Shown: piece by piece, positions 62,290-64,000 of the stretch
Layout of the letters: every line of letters begins with the position of its first letter
How positions within the stretch are numbered: position 1 is the stretch's first letter
DNA from: Candidatus Udaeobacter sp.
Lineage (GTDB): Bacteria; Verrucomicrobiota; Verrucomicrobiia; Chthoniobacterales; UBA10450
DNA length: 64,000 bases
Assembly (NCBI GenBank): GCA_035255865.1
Contig: DATEZD010000177.1
Coordinates: forward strand, 3,299-67,298
Direction: 5' to 3'
The notes under the pieces: generated by a model
The model's input: the letters and a program-made list of their open reading frames with translations, nothing else
Databases searched by the model: none
What the model was told of the DNA's origin: nothing
Translations under genes and position numbers: made by a program

Positions 62290-64000
62290 ATGAAAGGTGA
62301 TTTCAGTCGCGACACATTCGATTCAAAAAAACATTACAGCCGGGTTTTGATGCAGCAGGGGCGCGTCCAGACAGACGCAGATTGGAACGAGCAGCAGGCG
62401 ATAACGACATATCGCGTTGAGACGGAAACGCGCGATGTGATTGGCGCCTGCGGCGCGCCGTTGAACGACGCGGGATTTGGCATCGCGAACGACGGCAAGA
62501 CGCTGACCATCAGCAAAGGGCGCTTTTACGCTGATGGGATTTTGTGCGAGAACGACCAGGCGGATTTGGATTATCTCAAGCAACCAGATTTTCCAAACGC
62601 GCCCGTTCCGCTCGATCTGCTCAAGAAAGCCAAAGCGCCATTCGGCATTGTCTATCTCGACGTATGGCAGCGGCATCTCAGCGCGCTGGACGACGACTAC
62701 ATTCGCGAAAAGGCATTGGGCGGGCCGGATACCGCGACGCGTCTGAAAACAATTTGGCAGGTGCGCGTGCTGCCGGTGCAGGGCCCCGACGAGAAAGAAT
62801 GCGCACGACTCGAAAAGGAGCGCCAAAGTCTCCAGGCGAAAATTGACAAGCTGCAAGGCGGGATTAACAAAACTGCAAAGAGCAAAAGCAAAGCCGCGCA
62901 AAGCAAAAATCTCAAGGCCGGCGCGGACGTCGACAAGCTACGCGAAGAATTGACGAAGCTCGAAGCCCGAATCGAAGCGGTCTGCGGCGCCGTAGCATGT
63001 GCGACGCCGTTTCCCGAGTGGAACGCACTAGTCACGCCGAGCAGCGGCACATTGAATGCGCACACAGCCACACCGGCATCCGACGACGTTTGTCTCATTC
63101 CACCCAGCGCGGGCTACCAGCGTTTGGAAAACCAGCTTTATCGCGTTGAAGTTCATGACGACAGCGCGTCGAACAAACCGACGTTCAAATGGTCGCGCGA
63201 TAATGGCGTCGTCGTCACCTCCATCACAAACATCAGCGGACAGGACGTCAGCGTTCATGATGTGGGCCCCGACGATGTATTGGGTTTTGCGAACGGGCAG
63301 TGGGTCGAAGTGAGTGACGACAGCTTGGAACTCAATGGACTGCCGGGCGAATTGATCCAAATCCAAAATGTCGACGCAGCGACAAAAACCATCACGCTGC
63401 AATCCGCGCCGACGCTCACGTTCAAGGAAGAACTGCATACGAAGTTGCGCCGATGGGACGGCACGGCCGCGTTAACGACGAGCACATGGCTTCCGCTTGA
63501 AGGCGGTATCGAGGTGCAGTTCTCGAACGGCACCTACAAGACGGGCGATTATTGGCTGATTCCTGCGCGCACGGCGACGGGCGAAATCGAGTGGCCCCCG
63601 TTTGAGACGCCGAACACGAATCCCATCGCGCAGCCGCCGCGCGGCATTCGACATCATTACTGCCGCCTCGCGCTACTGGCATTCGATGGAAAAAAATTGA
63701 CGGTGCAACAAGACTGCCGCGATGTTTTTTATCCGCTAGCGGCCAGCGCGCTGCACGTAACGAAAACAAGTTGGCAGAATGACGATCTGCTGCCGACCAA
63801 AGCGCTGCAGAAGGGGTTGCAGATTTGGTTCGACGTGGTGCCCGATAAATTGTCGCTCGTCGGCGGTGGTCAGCCGCCTGCAAGCCCCACCGTGATCGTC
63901 AGCGCCGAAACCCCGCTTGAATCCGGCGCCGCTGCGCCCGATTTGACTTTTATTCTCGACACGAAAATCATGCTCAACTCGGATTCGATCGTTTTGAACA
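62290..64000 (+). CDS. DUF6519-like protein (partial, continues beyond the window), possible distal/target-recognition component
   Basis: Absent from the ORF track because there is no stop in the window. I translated from ATG 62290 and the frame stays open to 64000: MKGDFSRDTFDSKKHYSRVLMQQGRVQTDADWNEQQ... The family name was recalled from memory. Confidence 0.65.
   Translation, partial: MKGDFSRDTFDSKKHYSRVLMQQGRVQTDADWNEQQAITTYRVETETRDVIGACGAPLNDAGFGIANDGKTLTISKGRFYADGILCENDQADLDYLKQPDFPNAPVPLDLLKKAKAPFGIVYLDVWQRHLSALDDDYIREKALGGPDTATRLKTIWQVRVLPVQGPDEKECARLEKERQSLQAKIDKLQGGINKTAKSKSKAAQSKNLKAGADVDKLREELTKLEARIEAVCGAVACATPFPEWNALVTPSSGTLNAHTATPASDDVCLIPPSAGYQRLENQLYRVEVHDDSASNKPTFKWSRDNGVVVTSITNISGQDVSVHDVGPDDVLGFANGQWVEVSDDSLELNGLPGELIQIQNVDAATKTITLQSAPTLTFKEELHTKLRRWDGTAALTTSTWLPLEGGIEVQFSNGTYKTGDYWLIPARTATGEIEWPPFETPNTNPIAQPPRGIRHHYCRLALLAFDGKKLTVQQDCRDVFYPLAASALHVTKTSWQNDDLLPTKALQKGLQIWFDVVPDKLSLVGGGQPPASPTVIVSAETPLESGAAAPDLTFILDTKIMLNSDSIVLN

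Noticed and set aside
36908-64000. Interpretation of the tail-gene cluster as a prophage or a defective myovirus
   Set aside because: - There are no capsid, portal, terminase, protease/scaffold, integrase, repressor or holin/endolysin cassette genes anywhere in 27 kb.
- A DUF4255 cap, an AAA+ ATPase and DUF4157 proteins are present, which are eCIS hallmarks.
- The region downstream of 64000 is unseen, so this is not absolutely excluded.
36908-64000. Interpretation as a type VI secretion system
   Set aside because: - The sheath is a single large protein, not a TssB/TssC pair.
- There are no TssJ/L/M, TssK, TssA or ClpV genes.
- The LysM, gpD and DUF4255 genes and the T4 gp19-type tube fit eCIS instead.

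Overview
The window looks like a chromosomal segment from a soil Verrucomicrobiota-like bacterium. That taxonomic guess is an inference from short repeat families that I associate with that phylum (ccacgaatggacacgaatg, ttcaacgttcaacg, atttcggatttcgg, ggctggaagcctgt). GC looks roughly high-50s% by eye and was not computed.

Positions 1-36.6 kb are ordinary housekeeping and nutrient-scavenging genes:
- an SsuA-like binding protein
- a 2-oxoacid dehydrogenase E1alpha/E1beta/E2 operon
- smc
- an APC permease, an M20 peptidase and an NlpC/P60 protein
- queC and queF
- an MFS transporter and a C26 amidotransferase
- a three-gene operon of a class-A beta-lactamase-like protein, a LAS/M15 peptidase and a divergent PafA/Dop-like ligase
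- a minus-strand peptide-uptake operon (POT transporter, DUF885, S33 hydrolase, CPBP protease)
- ftsK, a rodZ-like gene, rimO and trxA

From about 36.8 kb to the window end there is one long plus-strand, translationally coupled operon. It encodes a complete phage-tail-like extracellular contractile injection system (eCIS). In order it contains:
- sheath and tube
- two unknown proteins
- a DUF4255 cap and an AAA+ ATPase
- a small unknown protein
- four tandem DUF4157-headed putative payload genes
- a CIS tube-initiator and a LysM protein
- a gpD-like hub, a gp5/V-like spike and a PAAR-like tip
- gp25 and two baseplate-J-like proteins
- a tail-protein-I-like/beta-helix protein
- a DUF6519-like protein truncated at the window end

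No capsid, portal, terminase, integrase or T6SS membrane-complex genes are present.

The payload array is the most interesting part:
- Three of the four genes share a Cys-rich leader.
- The C-terminal domains differ (GH19-like, unknown, HExxH-containing unknown, DUF922-like).
- A duplicated 5' fragment of the downstream tube-initiator gene marks a cassette insertion.

Several REP/MITE-like hairpin repeat families litter the intergenic regions, and copies have apparently landed in-frame inside coding sequences. I found no rRNA, tRNA or CRISPR array.
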